Assembly (NCBI GenBank): GCA_963736855.1
Contig: CAVTQK010000009.1
Location: forward strand, 480,001-544,000
Direction of reading: 5' to 3'
Source of the DNA: an uncultured delta proteobacterium
Lineage (GTDB): Bacteria > Desulfobacterota > Desulfobacteria > Desulfobacterales > UBA2156
Length of the DNA: 64,000 bases
The position numbers were made by a program, and so were the translations under genes. Within the stretch, counting starts at the first letter, position 1. Each line of letters starts with the position of its first letter. Shown piece after piece: positions 39,311 to 50,275 of the stretch. The notes below the pieces were generated by a model. The model saw nothing but the letters and a program-made list of their open reading frames with translations. It did not search any database and was not told where the DNA came from.

Positions 39311-40336
39311 TTATTTTACGAAAAGACGCTGCCAGACTTCGAGAATCTTTTCGCGATTCTGCGACTGCCAGGGAAAGTCCATGGGGGCAAGATTGATGGT
39401 GCTAAAGGCCGGCAGATCCGCAGGTCCGGGAATGCCGGGGTAGGTCACACCCAGCTTAAAAGTCGCATAACGTTTCATGGCGCTTTCGCCGATGGCCCAA
39501 TCCAGGAACTTCTTGGCGGCCTTTTCGTTTTTCGCTCCTTTTAACAGCCCGTTGGCTTCCAACTCATACCCGACCCCTTCTTCCGGCAGGACCAAGGAAA
39601 CTGGGAATCCCTGCTTTTTCAGGGAAGCATAAACAAAGGCAAAGGAGCAGCCGATGGCGTATTCTCCGGCAGCCGCCAGTTTGGCCGGCTTGGACCCGCT
39701 CTTGATATACTGCCCCATATTTTTATCCAGCTCTTTCAAGAAATCCCAGGCCTTGTTTTGTTCCACCGGCTTCTTTTTATAGTCGGGATCCATAAGGACC
39801 AAAAGGCTGGCAATCTGCAGGAATCCCGTACCGGAACTGGCGGGATTCGGCATGATCAGCATCCCCTTGTAAACGGGATTGAGCAGAGATTTCCAGCCCT
39901 TTGGCATGGGGAGCTTCTTTTCTTCCATGACTTTGGTATTTACGACTAATGCAGCCTCATAGGTGTCGATGGCCGTCCAGTATCCGTCAGGATCCTTGAA
40001 TTTGGCTGGAATTTTGTCCCACCCCGCAGGTTTGTAAGCCGTAAGCATCCCCTTGGGAACGAATTCGGCCATGTTGGTGACAGCCCATCCCCAAACGCAG
40101 TCGGCCTGGGGGTTGTCCTTTTCCGCCATCATGCGGGCTCCCAGTTCACCGGTCGACAAACGGATGGCCTGAATGTCGAGATCCGGAAGTTCCTTTTTGG
40201 CCAGATCTAGATAATCCACCACCTCTTCATTTTCCAGGGAAGTATACACCACGACCTTGTCTGTTGCCGATGCCGGGACTGCCCCCACGGCGAGGGCAAT
40301 CATGACGCAAAGAATTAAAAAAACGGTTTTTTTCAT
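39311..40336 (-). CDS. ABC substrate-binding protein (Fe3+/2-aminoethylphosphonate class)
   Basis: Signal peptide, VYTSLE, STGEL...AEKDNPQAD, MPNPASSGTG, KSGSKP. Confidence 0.85.
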   Translation of the reverse strand: MKKTVFLILCVMIALAVGAVPASATDKVVVYTSLENEEVVDYLDLAKKELPDLDIQAIRLSTGELGARMMAEKDNPQADCVWGWAVTNMAEFVPKGMLTAYKPAGWDKIPAKFKDPDGYWTAIDTYEAALVVNTKVMEEKKLPMPKGWKSLLNPVYKGMLIMPNPASSGTGFLQIASLLVLMDPDYKKKPVEQNKAWDFLKELDKNMGQYIKSGSKPAKLAAAGEYAIGCSFAFVYASLKKQGFPVSLVLPEEGVGYELEANGLLKGAKNEKAAKKFLDWAIGESAMKRYATFKLGVTYPGIPGPADLPAFSTINLAPMDFPWQSQNREKILEVWQRLFVK

Positions 40337-40463
40337 GGCACGCCTCCTTTGATGGGTTGAATGGTAATGAAATTCCCCGAACAAATGTAATCCGTTGATG
40401 GATAAGCAAATACCTATCATATCAGCTTTGAAAGTCAACTCCGCTCTTTTTTTTGGAGTTCTT

Positions 40464-41243
40464 TCATTCGGCGATATCCCCCACGCCCGAAAGGATGTAA
40501 AGGGGCTGATAGGGGTACTTTTTAAGATCTTCCCGGGATGTCACCCCGGAAAGGACCAGAACCGTATCGATCTCCGAATGTATACCGGCGATGATGTCGG
40601 TTTCCATGCGATCGCCGACGATGGCTGTTTCTTCTCGACTGCATCCGAGCATTTTTCGGGCATGTCGCATCATGAGGGGATTGGGTTTTCCTAAAAAATA
40701 GGCTTTTTTTCCGGTGGCCAGTTCGATGGGAGCAATGAGAGACCCGGTCCCGGGGACCACGTCCTTTCCCATGGAATCCGTTACATCAGGATTGGTACCA
40801 ATCAACTTGGCGCCTGCCCGCACCAGATTGATGGCCTTTTCGATCTTTTCATAGGAATAAGAATGGGTTTCCCCCACCACCACATAGTCGGGGTTTACCT
40901 CGTTCATGGAAAAGCCTGCATCATAGAGGGCATTGATCAATCCGGCTTCTCCGATGACATAGGCGGAACCGTTCGGTCGTTGGGATGCGAGGAAGCTCGC
41001 CGTCGCCAGTGCGCTGGTGTAAAAGTGAGAGGCGTCCGCCTGTATTCCGAGCCGATCGAGTTTTTCTCTTAATTCGCGGGGGGAACGCTCGCTGCTGTTG
41101 GTCAGGAATAAAAACTTTTTCTCATTTGTTCTGAGCCATTCGATAAAACGATTCACCCCGGGCAGCAGTCGATCTCCGTGGTACAGGACGCCGTCCATGT
41201 CGCAGATAAATCCCTTTTTTGCGCGCAATACCTTTAGCTCCAT
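40464..41243 (-). CDS. HAD-IIA family phosphatase, NagD-like
   Basis: CDMDGVLY, LTNSS, IGTNPD, GKPNP, VGDRMETDI, LVLSGV. Confidence 0.9.
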   Translation of the reverse strand: MELKVLRAKKGFICDMDGVLYHGDRLLPGVNRFIEWLRTNEKKFLFLTNSSERSPRELREKLDRLGIQADASHFYTSALATASFLASQRPNGSAYVIGEAGLINALYDAGFSMNEVNPDYVVVGETHSYSYEKIEKAINLVRAGAKLIGTNPDVTDSMGKDVVPGTGSLIAPIELATGKKAYFLGKPNPLMMRHARKMLGCSREETAIVGDRMETDIIAGIHSEIDTVLVLSGVTSREDLKKYPYQPLYILSGVGDIAE

Positions 41244-41530
41244 ATTCGATTCCTCTGGTTGTCTCTTTTCGGCAATAGTTGTCAACCATCATGATATCAT
41301 CATTCTTACCTTTTCAAAGGGTAAGTCTTTACTTCTATGATCCCGGTTACAGTTGAAAAAAGCGCAGTTTTTGGATCAAACAACATAAGGTATATTGCCA
41401 AAAGATTATATTTCTATTATTTTGTCAATATTGAGAAATCCCGGGTGCACACCCATTGGCTTTTTGCTGAAAATCAAAAGCCTTTGAAAAATCAGGTCGA
41501 GACAGGGACCAAAGGCTAAATACTTTCGCC

Positions 41531-42340
41531 ATGTTGCCCTTTGACCAATTTCCCGAAGACGGAAAAAAGCACATCGAATTCGTCCTTACCGATATCGACG
41601 ACACCCTGACGTTTATGGGGCGGCTTCCGTCTGTCGCCCTTGCCGCCATGGAACAACTGCAGCAAAACGGCATACGGGTGATCCCCATCACCGGGCGTCC
41701 GGCCGGGTGGTGCGATCATATGGCTCGCATGTGGCCCATCGACGGCATCGTCGGGTGAAAATGGGGCCTTCTATTTTCAATTATGATCATGAAGATCGAA
41801 GGAAATGCACCGCCGATTCGCGAAAACAGCCGAGCCGATCGGGATGTCGGACAGAAAAAAACTGAATGAAATCGAAAAGGAAGATCTTAAGAAACGTTCC
41901 CGGATGCCGCGTGTCCGCGGATCAGGCGTATCGGGTGGCGGATCTTGCCATCGACTTCTGCGAAGATGTGCCTTGCCTTTCCGATGAAGAAGTAGACCGG
42001 ATCGTTCTGATTTTCAAAGCAGCCGGAGCCCACGGCCAAAATCAGCTCCATTCATGTCAACGGCTGGTTCGGCGATTATGACAAGCGGACCATGACGAAC
42101 ATCCTGTTTGAAGAGGTCTTTCAGAAGGATCTGGAAAAGATTAAAAACCGGGTGCTTTTTTCAGGCGATTCCCCGAATGATGCACCCCTGTTCGCGTATT
42201 TCCCCCATTCCGTGGGAATGGCCAATATCGTCACATTTAAAGAGCGCCTGACAACGCCTCCGGCATGGGTCACATTCAAGGAAGGGGGGTACGGTTTTGC
42301 CGAGATGGTGGGAATACTTTTAGCAAATTCGGTCCATTGA
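41531..42340 (+). pseudogene. HAD-IIB family hydrolase broken by multiple frameshifts
   Basis: Segments TDIDDTLT, ITGRPAGWC, ENGA, SADQAYR..DLAIDF, KISSIHVNGWFG and GDSPND lie in different frames. Confidence 0.75.
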
Positions 42341-42694
42341 TCGGCTCGCCACCAAGTGGATCCCCTGTTCCCCCATGAATTCTTCCATCAGAATATGCCC
42401 CATCTTCACAGGCGCCTCCACCCGGATTTGGTGGATAATACGGACGGCTTCCAGGATGCGGTCTTTGGGGATCGGTCCGGTGAGCCTTACCGGGAGCCGG
42501 GGCCACAGGGCGTTTGAAATGGCAATCGTGGTGCTTACGTCCCGGCGCGGATCGATAAATTCCTGCCTGGCGTATTTAGCCCCCCGATCGCATTCGTAAC
42601 CGGATACTTCCCGGATCTCGCTTCCTTCGTGCTCCAACTGCAGAGGGCATCCGATGGGGCACCCGATGCAGGTATAGTGGACGATTTCAGGCAT
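42320..42694 (-). CDS. DUF1667 CxxC protein (partner of GlpA-like oxidoreductases)
   Basis: [23 protein letters not shown]; overlaps the upstream oxidoreductase. Confidence 0.85.
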   Translation of the reverse strand: MPEIVHYTCIGCPIGCPLQLEHEGSEIREVSGYECDRGAKYARQEFIDPRRDVSTTIAISNALWPRLPVRLTGPIPKDRILEAVRIIHQIRVEAPVKMGHILMEEFMGEQGIHLVASRSMDRIC

Positions 42695-43958
42695 TTTTCC
42701 CCCTGGATCGAACGGGCCGGATGTCGATTCTCAACGTGTCGCCATGAAACCGTTCCAGGAGATCGGGCTTGATTTTGAGCATGATCATCTCTGCAGGAAC
42801 CACGAATTTGAGCTTTTTCTCCAGGATCTCTCCCACTCGAACGATGCAGGGTTTCATCGGCGCCTTACAGCGCAGATAGATGGTATGGGCCCGTTCCGGG
42901 CTGAGGGAATGGGGGACGCAATAGCGCACATTGTCTCCCGGTACCAGCAGGATGTTATCCCGGGGCCGCTGAATCCCCTGTCCCCACTCGCCGGCAAAAC
43001 TCCCGGCCAGGATCGCTTCCCGGGTGACAAAATCGACCAGGTCGTGGACATGCAAGACGTTTCCGCAGGCGAAAACACCCGGCATGCTGGTTTCGAGCGT
43101 GCTGGACACCCGGGGACCTCCGGTCACCACGTCGAGTTGGATCCCCAGGCTCTGGGACAACTCGTTTTCCGGAATCAGGCCGATGGAAAGGAGCAAGGTG
43201 TCACACGGCACGTCCCGGCTCCGGCTCATGTCCGGTAAGAAATCCTGCCCCACCGGAGCCACGGTGACCTTTTCCACCCGATCCCGGCCGTGGATGTACG
43301 CCACGGTGTTTGAAAGATAAAGAGGGATGCCGAAATCCTCAAGGCACTGGACGACATTGCGCGTCAGTCCGTTGGAGAAAGGCATGATCTCGAAAACTCC
43401 TACTACTTCGCATCCCTCCAGGGTGAGTCGTCTGGCCATGATCAGGCCGATATCCCCGGAGCCCAGGATGGCGATGCGCCTTCCGGGCAGGTATCCTTTC
43501 ATGTTGACGAACTTTTGAGCCAGTCCGGCCGTCAGGATGCCGGACGGCCGTGTTCCCGGAATCCGGATGGCTCCACGGGTCCGTTCCCGGCATCCCATGG
43601 CCAAAACCACTGCTTTTGCCTTTACATGGACCATTCCCTTCCCCGGGTTCATGACTCGCACCGTCTTGATTCCGTCCGAATCGACGGCCACTCCGGAGAC
43701 ATAGCTTCCGGAGATCACGTCCACATCCTGGTCGATGACCTTTTCCAAAAAGCGTTGGGCATATTCCGGTCCGGTGAGGTCTTCGCGAAAATAATGGAGC
43801 CCGAAACCGGCGTGAATGCACTGCAAGAGGATTCCGCCGGGCTCGGGTTCCCGATCAAGGATCAAAATACGGCGGGCGCCGGAATCACGGGCTCCCAGGG
43901 CCGCTCCCATCCCGGCAGGTCCGCCGCCCACAATCGCCACATCGTATGCTTTTTTCAT
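42687..43958 (-). CDS. NAD(P)/FAD-dependent pyridine nucleotide-disulfide oxidoreductase
   Basis: [49 protein letters not shown]. Confidence 0.88.
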   Translation of the reverse strand: MKKAYDVAIVGGGPAGMGAALGARDSGARRILILDREPEPGGILLQCIHAGFGLHYFREDLTGPEYAQRFLEKVIDQDVDVISGSYVSGVAVDSDGIKTVRVMNPGKGMVHVKAKAVVLAMGCRERTRGAIRIPGTRPSGILTAGLAQKFVNMKGYLPGRRIAILGSGDIGLIMARRLTLEGCEVVGVFEIMPFSNGLTRNVVQCLEDFGIPLYLSNTVAYIHGRDRVEKVTVAPVGQDFLPDMSRSRDVPCDTLLLSIGLIPENELSQSLGIQLDVVTGGPRVSSTLETSMPGVFACGNVLHVHDLVDFVTREAILAGSFAGEWGQGIQRPRDNILLVPGDNVRYCVPHSLSPERAHTIYLRCKAPMKPCIVRVGEILEKKLKFVVPAEMIMLKIKPDLLERFHGDTLRIDIRPVRSRGKNA

Positions 43959-45424
43959 CCTTCCGAGCATGGCGACTCCTCCCTTTTGGTTTCTGCGGAC
44001 GGGGAGTCGTCTCTGGGAATGACGATCCAGGAATCGCCGCCGCGTTTGGTGATCCGTTCAAAGGGTTGCCCGGTGCGAGCGGCCAGGATGTCCATGCAAC
44101 GCGCCGTACAAAAGCCCCCTTGACACCGCCCCATCCCGGCCCGACTCCGGAACTTGATGCCGTCCAGTGTGCGGGCGCCGTGATCGATGGCATGATGAAC
44201 CTCCGCCTCGGTCACCAATTCGCACCGGCACACCACCTTGGCAAACAACGGGTTTTGACGAATGAGGCGCGACTGTTTTTCCGTGGACAACGTGGCAAAT
44301 CGGGGCGGCGCCTGCACAAACGGATCGAAGTCTTTCTTTTCCTCAAGGCGCAGCCCTTCGGCTTTCAAGATTTCCCGTACATACTCGGCAATGGCAGGCG
44401 AGGCGGTCAGGCCGGGAGACTGGATGCCGGCCACGTTGATGAAACCCTTCACCTTGGTCGGACCGATGATGAAGTCGTTAGTGTTGCTGACGGCCCGAAG
44501 CCCGGCAAATTCTGTGATGGTGTCCTTTTCGGTGATGGAGCTACAAAGTCCTTTGATGAAAGAAAAGACCTCCGCCGCACCTTCGTAGGTGGTGGAAAGG
44601 TCCCACCGGTCCGGGGTGTCCCAGGCAGTGGGGCCCACCATGAGGGTTCCGTCATAAGTCGGAATGATCAGTATCCCCTTGGTGTGTTTTTGAGGAACGG
44701 GGAAGATGAGGTGCCGAACGATCCCTTTGAGGCGTTTGTCCAGCATGTACTCTTCACCCTTTCGGGGATGAATGGTGAAATCGTCTATGCCAACCATATG
44801 AGAGATGTGATCGGCAAATATACCGGCACAATTGATGACAAAACGCGATTCGATACGTTCTCGGGGCGTTTGCAGGAGCAATCCGGCCCCGGTGACGTCG
44901 ATGCCCTCTACCGGACTGTCCACCTTCAGCGATACGCCGTTTGCCACCGCATTTTCGATGAGAGAGAAAGCGAACTCATAGGGGTTGATCACCCCGGCGG
45001 AAGGGGCATAAAGAGCGGTGATCAGGTCTTTGGAGAGGTTCGGCTCCTCCCGCATGAGACGATCGCGTTCCCACATCTCAAGCCCGGGAACCCCCTTCCG
45101 ATCGCCCTGCTCTTTTAAATGCAACAGAACCTTGACTTCGGCATCATTTTTGGCCACCACGAGTTCACCAATACGGGAAAATCCGAAGTTCAGCTCCTTA
45201 GAGAGGGTGTCGAAGAGTGCGTTTCCGCGGACCACAAGCCTTCCTTTCAGTGTGTCCGGAGAGCTGTGATGTCCGGCGTGAACGATACCGCTGTTGGTTT
45301 TGCTGGTGCCGAACCCTACTTCAGCATACTTTTCCAATAAAACCACATCGATCCGATATCGGGACAGCTCTCTGGCGATGGCACATCCGGTCACCCCCCC
45401 GCCGATGATGGCAACATCATGCAT
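43955..45424 (-). CDS. GlpA/LhgO-like FAD oxidoreductase with C-terminal BFD-like [2Fe-2S] domain
   Basis: [40 protein letters not shown]...[12 protein letters not shown]. Confidence 0.88.
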   Translation of the reverse strand: MHDVAIIGGGVTGCAIARELSRYRIDVVLLEKYAEVGFGTSKTNSGIVHAGHHSSPDTLKGRLVVRGNALFDTLSKELNFGFSRIGELVVAKNDAEVKVLLHLKEQGDRKGVPGLEMWERDRLMREEPNLSKDLITALYAPSAGVINPYEFAFSLIENAVANGVSLKVDSPVEGIDVTGAGLLLQTPRERIESRFVINCAGIFADHISHMVGIDDFTIHPRKGEEYMLDKRLKGIVRHLIFPVPQKHTKGILIIPTYDGTLMVGPTAWDTPDRWDLSTTYEGAAEVFSFIKGLCSSITEKDTITEFAGLRAVSNTNDFIIGPTKVKGFINVAGIQSPGLTASPAIAEYVREILKAEGLRLEEKKDFDPFVQAPPRFATLSTEKQSRLIRQNPLFAKVVCRCELVTEAEVHHAIDHGARTLDGIKFRSRAGMGRCQGGFCTARCMDILAARTGQPFERITKRGGDSWIVIPRDDSPSAETKREESPCSEG

Positions 45425-45441
45425 CCGATGCCCTTTCTGTC

Positions 45442-46383
45442 TCAATCCGGAAAATAGTATAAATTGCTGGTCACATAAATGACGATCGTAAAAAGGCAGG
45501 CAAGAAGCGGTGTCAGTCCCCATCCTAAAATGATATGACCCAGCATGCGTCGGTTGACCGTTTTAACGCTTCGTATGATCCCGATTCCCAAAACGCCGCC
45601 GACCGTGGCGTGGGAAGTGGAAACCGGAACACCGATCCAGGTGAAGATATGTGTCGTAAGCCCCATGGCCAGGACCACGATTAAGGCTGAAAAGGGTTCC
45701 ACCCTGACCAACCCTCTCCCCACGGTCTCCATAACCGGCCGGCCGAAGGTTAAAATGCCTAGCGCGATGCTCAACCCCCCGAAGAGGGCGGCGTTGAATG
45801 CGGTCAAAGAACCTGCTCCTACAAAAACCGCCGAGACATTGGCCACATTGTTCGCCCCCAGGGAGTAAGCGCCGTAGGCTCCCGAGCAGATCAGGCCGAC
45901 TTTAAGCAGCCGGTCGGATTGAAAGTGGTTCAGATTCATGCGGTTATACACGCGCCCCAGAAGGTGATACAGCAAAACGGCGACCAATGCACTTCCGATG
46001 GGGGTGGCAACCCAGCAGATCACCACTTTGCCCAATCCCGAAAGGTCCAGCCTGTGGCTGACAACGCCGATCCCTATAATGGCCCCGACGACGGCCTGGG
46101 AGGTGGATATCGGTAGCCCGAAGAGGGTCATGAGCGTCACGGTTATCGCAGCCCCCACCGAACATATGGCGGCCTTTTTCAAGCTGAAGGTGGTCAGCCC
46201 CTTCAATGTCTCGATTCCGGCCTGCCCTTCCAGAATGGCGCCGAGCACCACAAAAACGGCTGCGGTTGCCGCCGCCGTATAAAATCGGATCATCCGGGAT
46301 GAAACCGCAGTTCCAAAGGCGTTGGCAGCATCATTGGCCCCTAATGACCACCCTAGAAAAAGACCTCCCAAAAGCGAGAGCAT
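45442..46383 (-). CDS. PiT family inorganic phosphate transporter
   Basis: GANDAANAFG, PISTSQAVVG, GANNVAN, PVSTSH. Confidence 0.92.
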   Translation of the reverse strand: MLSLLGGLFLGWSLGANDAANAFGTAVSSRMIRFYTAAATAAVFVVLGAILEGQAGIETLKGLTTFSLKKAAICSVGAAITVTLMTLFGLPISTSQAVVGAIIGIGVVSHRLDLSGLGKVVICWVATPIGSALVAVLLYHLLGRVYNRMNLNHFQSDRLLKVGLICSGAYGAYSLGANNVANVSAVFVGAGSLTAFNAALFGGLSIALGILTFGRPVMETVGRGLVRVEPFSALIVVLAMGLTTHIFTWIGVPVSTSHATVGGVLGIGIIRSVKTVNRRMLGHIILGWGLTPLLACLFTIVIYVTSNLYYFPD

Positions 46384-47033
46384 TATACCCGTCGTTTCAT
46401 GTTGATGATGTTGATCCGCTTGGAAACCTGGTCCGCCTGATCCGAGATTTCCCCGATCTGGACGATAAGATCTTTGAGTTGCAGCTTCAGGAACGGGTCG
46501 GTTTTGGATTCAAAAAGTTTGGTGATGGTCCGTCGTTCGATGCGGTCGCAATGGCTTTCATGGGTGTCGATAACGTTCACCAAGTCCCGAATACTCTCGT
46601 TTTTCTTGAACAAGGCAACGGCCTGCCTTCGCATCAAACTGCTGCATTCCATGCTCAACTGGACCAGCTCCATGATATCGGGCAGGAGGAAGTTCGGGAT
46701 CTCCAATTTCTGAGTCTGAATGATATAGAGTATCCGCTCGAACAGGCGGGGGACGACGTCAATGGCTTCCAGGAGCCCCATAATATCTCCCCGAGCATCG
46801 GGGATGAGGGCTTTGCTGTACATCATCCCCTTGATTTCTTCCCGAATATCGTCCGCTTTGGATTCGAATTTGTGGGTTCTTTCGATGAAAAAGTCGAAGT
46901 TCTCACAAAACGGATTGTCAATGCAGGAGGTAAAAGCCTTTAAAAAATTTTCCTGGGTGCGCTCAACGTTGTCCAGGTACTCGTAAATGAGCGCTTCAAC
47001 CCGCTGTTCCTTCTTGAATAAGAAGCTGAGCAT
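46383..47033 (-). CDS. DUF47 (PhoU-like) Pit accessory protein
   Basis: HKFESKADDIR and HESHCDRIER; overlaps the Pit gene. Confidence 0.88.
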   Translation of the reverse strand: MLSFLFKKEQRVEALIYEYLDNVERTQENFLKAFTSCIDNPFCENFDFFIERTHKFESKADDIREEIKGMMYSKALIPDARGDIMGLLEAIDVVPRLFERILYIIQTQKLEIPNFLLPDIMELVQLSMECSSLMRRQAVALFKKNESIRDLVNVIDTHESHCDRIERRTITKLFESKTDPFLKLQLKDLIVQIGEISDQADQVSKRINIINMKRRV

Positions 47034-47181
47034 ATCCGCAACTCCGAGTCGTCGTTTATATTAGAGCACAGATAGCTCTTGTATCATAATTTCTTTCCCT
47101 TTCAAAAAAAATCGTAATGTCGGCGGCAGAACAGACGGGACCGTCTCCGCCGCGGGCAACAGCAACGGCATGTCAACAGGA

Positions 47182-48489
47182 TTACCGGATCACAATCCAG
47201 AAAAGGCGGGCCGCGGTGGATCCCGCATTCCACCAGCCATGGGGTGTGGCGCTGGTGAGGGAAATCACGTCTTCCTCACGGCAGGTATGGTCAAACTCCT
47301 CCAACCGAAAGCTGATCTCTCCTGAAAGCACGCACCCCATTTCCTCTCCCTTGCAATCCAGGAAATGCCCGCTGACCGAAGCGTCGGGCGGCATCTCCAC
47401 GAGGTAGGCTTCCCCTTTCCCTTGGAAATCGACCGGTGTCAACCGCCGGATACGAATATTTTCCGCAACGCTTTTCGACTTAACCTCGACGGCCTCGGAA
47501 GCCTGAAAAACGATCCGCTTCCCAATCGACTCCGACTCTCTGAAAAAGGACCGCACATCCACCGCAAGGACATCGGCTATCTTGATGAGGGTGGACAAAG
47601 AAGGATAAATCTGATTGCCTTCCACCTGGGATATGCTGCTGGATGTTACGCCGACGCGCTTGGCCAATTCCGCCTGAGACAGACCCTGGCGTTTCCGCAT
47701 TTCCCTCAGACGCCGCCCGATATCCAGACGCCAGGAAGTTCCCTTTTCCGTGTCGATTCGGACTGCTAATTCTTTTGCCCAATAGATGTATGGCTGGTTC
47801 TGAGCTTCCAGGTCACGCTTCTCGGCCTTCAGGATGGCCAGAGAAGTGACCCCTCTTTTCACGGAAAGCTCGATGGCCACCTGGGCGATGCGATTGATCT
47901 GAGCCCGCAGTCGGGGGGAGTGGGCGTGTTTCTCGAGAATCCAGTAGGCGATTGTGTTCAGCTCATAAAGCCTCGGACACGAGTGGGAATAAAACCGGAT
48001 GACGGCCTCTTCACTTCCCCAAAGCTCCTGCATCCCGGTTAAACTCTCGAAAACCAGACGCACGTCTCCTGAAAACCTGGAGTGAATCCCATAAACGGCC
48101 TCCATCACGGATTCAGCGTTTCCGGGATGTTGAATCCGCTCGATTCGGCAGGTCGGGTGTCGATTCTTCTCTTCATAAAACTTAAGAAAGATATCCGAAC
48201 CGCCTCCTTTTCCGCAGGAAAAACAATCCAGGATCACGAGTCGGTCATAATGGGCCAGTTCCCCCAGCTTCTCGGTGAGGTTTTTGGGAGACCGATCAAA
48301 GGAAATATAGAGGATCGGCTTTTTTTGCGACTCCGACATTCGGATAAAATTGACACAAAACACATCGGCCAGACTCCCCGAGTCGTCGTGCCAGACCACA
48401 TTGTCTCCGATATAAAGGCCATTCAAGAGCCGGTCCAGTTGTTCGACCCCCGACGGCACGCTGATGAAATGAGGCATCGGTTTTTCCAT
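47182..48489 (-). CDS. Transcriptional regulator: degenerate RecA/KaiC-like N-domain + XRE HTH + cupin
   Basis: SGVEQLDRLLNGL start, GRRLREMRKRQGLSQAELAKRVGVTSSSISQVE, GEEMGCVLSG...PHGW. Confidence 0.78.
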   Translation of the reverse strand: MEKPMPHFISVPSGVEQLDRLLNGLYIGDNVVWHDDSGSLADVFCVNFIRMSESQKKPILYISFDRSPKNLTEKLGELAHYDRLVILDCFSCGKGGGSDIFLKFYEEKNRHPTCRIERIQHPGNAESVMEAVYGIHSRFSGDVRLVFESLTGMQELWGSEEAVIRFYSHSCPRLYELNTIAYWILEKHAHSPRLRAQINRIAQVAIELSVKRGVTSLAILKAEKRDLEAQNQPYIYWAKELAVRIDTEKGTSWRLDIGRRLREMRKRQGLSQAELAKRVGVTSSSISQVEGNQIYPSLSTLIKIADVLAVDVRSFFRESESIGKRIVFQASEAVEVKSKSVAENIRIRRLTPVDFQGKGEAYLVEMPPDASVSGHFLDCKGEEMGCVLSGEISFRLEEFDHTCREEDVISLTSATPHGWWNAGSTAARLFWIVIR

Positions 48490-48881
48490 CGTTCACCCCT
48501 GTTTAGGATTGGATACGGTGCAAAGCTTACGATGTCAACCAAAAGCAAAACGATAATGCTCCGCATCCATTGTAACTCATATCCATACTAAAATATTAGG
48601 GGGGTGTCCACTTAACTCAGGTACCCCTTGCCCAGAAAAACGCTTGGAACTCCGTACATGGCTTTTGCCGATCGATTCTTGTCAGAATACCATAGACACT
48701 TTCAGTCCGGCGGTTCGGTATCCATCGATGCGCCGGTTCTTTTATCAGCCGAGTCACAGCCGGATTTTATCTGAGTTCCGGCGCAGGAAATAAATGATTC
48801 GCAAACCTCCGTGAGATGTGGTATTGAGCTTCGAATCGGTGATAAGGATGGTTTCTCGTAACTTAAAGAAAGGAGGACGAA

Positions 48882-50184
48882 ATGAGGAAGAGAGCCCTGA
48901 CAAAAACGTTTTTCATGGTCCTGGTAATCGCGTTTTGCCTTCTTCCCTTTGTGGGACAAGCCCAGGCCGCGGATAAAGTGGGCTGGGTCGGACCCATCTA
49001 CAAGGAACTGGCAGATAGCCTGACCAAGGGATTCAAGGAGTTCTACAAGAATACTCACGGCAAAGAGGTGGATATCACCTTCGTGCATCCCGGCGGCTGG
49101 CCGGTCTGTGTGGACAAGGTGCGGGCGTGGGGAGATAAACCGGATGCCGACATCTTTTTGGGAGCAGGCGCTCCGGCGCATGAGGTACTGAAAAAAGAAG
49201 GGCGAATCGTCCCCTACAAGCCGAAGGAGTTGGGAAAAGATTCCCGCCGAATGGCGTGGCTTTAAAGTTAAAGACACCGACGGATGGTGGACATGCTTTT
49301 CACCCTGGATCGTCACCAACCTTTACAACGAGAAGGTCTTAGAGGCCCTGCGACTGCCCCCCGCCTAAGACGTGGAAGGATCTTTTAAATCCCATATACC
49401 GGGGCAACATCGTCTCAAACCCTCCCATACGCCTCCGGCACCCAGCACGAGGTGGTGGAGATCCTCATTCAGGCTTTCGGAGAAAAGGAAGGGTGGGCCT
49501 ACAACCGATTACTGGCGGCCCAGTTGGCCCGTTTTTCCACCGGGAGCACCGATACGACCCACATCGTGAGTCGCGGCGAGGCCCCCATCGGAATCGCCCA
49601 GCCCCAGATGAATGCCATGGTGGCGCGCAAAGACGGCTATCCTGTCCGAGATCTCCTCCCGGATAAAACCATCCTCGCCCCTGAAGCCGTGGCCCTGCTC
49701 AAGGGTGCACCCAATGAAGCAGCGGGAAAAATCTTTCTGGACTGGCTGTTCAGCATGGACGGACAGAAATATGTGCTGGAAGGGAGGCTACTTCCCGGCA
49801 AGGACCGACATCAACTTCTCTGCCTGGGAAAAGTCGGGGATCGCCATGGCCAAGCACGCCAAGGATGCCCTGGGTGTGGATTCGTTCTGGGATTTGAAGG
49901 TGGATTTGATCTCTTACGATCTCGATCTTGCCACCAAGCGATGGGATGAAGTCAACCGCTATTATGAATACGAGATCTATCGGAAATGGGGCGAACTGAA
50001 AAGCAGCCTCTTTCTGATCGAAGAGGTGGAAGGGGAAGTCGGTTCCGCCAAAGCCAAGAAAATCGACGTGACAAAAGCCGAGGCAAAGATCAAGGATGCC
50101 CGGAAACTCTTCGAAATCGACGGCGATTATGCGGCGGCCCGCCTGGCGGCAACCCAGGCGCGTGCACTCCTTGCCGCCCAATAA
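48882..50184 (+). CDS. ABC substrate-binding protein, interrupted by four single-base insertions
   Basis: Signal peptide, ADIFLGAG, PKTWKDLLNP, PYASGT. A continuous protein is restored by removing one base near 49229, 49360, 49415 and 49785. Confidence 0.78.
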
Positions 50185-50217
50185 GGCTTTCATAATAAAA
50201 GCTGCATTCGGTCCGCG

Positions 50218-50253
50218 TATGAAGTGCGGGCGTGTCTGCGCCCGCACTTCATA
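50218..50253 (+). other. Hairpin after ABC SBP gene
   Basis: TATGAAGTGCGGGCG-tgtctg-CGCCCGCACTTCATA, a perfect 15-bp stem. Confidence 0.7.
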
Positions 50254-50275
50254 TCTTTAAACGACAGGACGCGCT

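Noticed and set aside
41750..41765. In-frame TGA in the HAD-IIB gene as possible selenocysteine
   Set aside because: The conserved GENGA motif continues in another frame, so this is a frameshift and not recoding.
48596..48630. GTGTCCACTTAACTCAGGTACCCC resembling an IS3-family terminal repeat
   Set aside because: No partner repeat, transposase or target duplication was found; the similarity is too weak.
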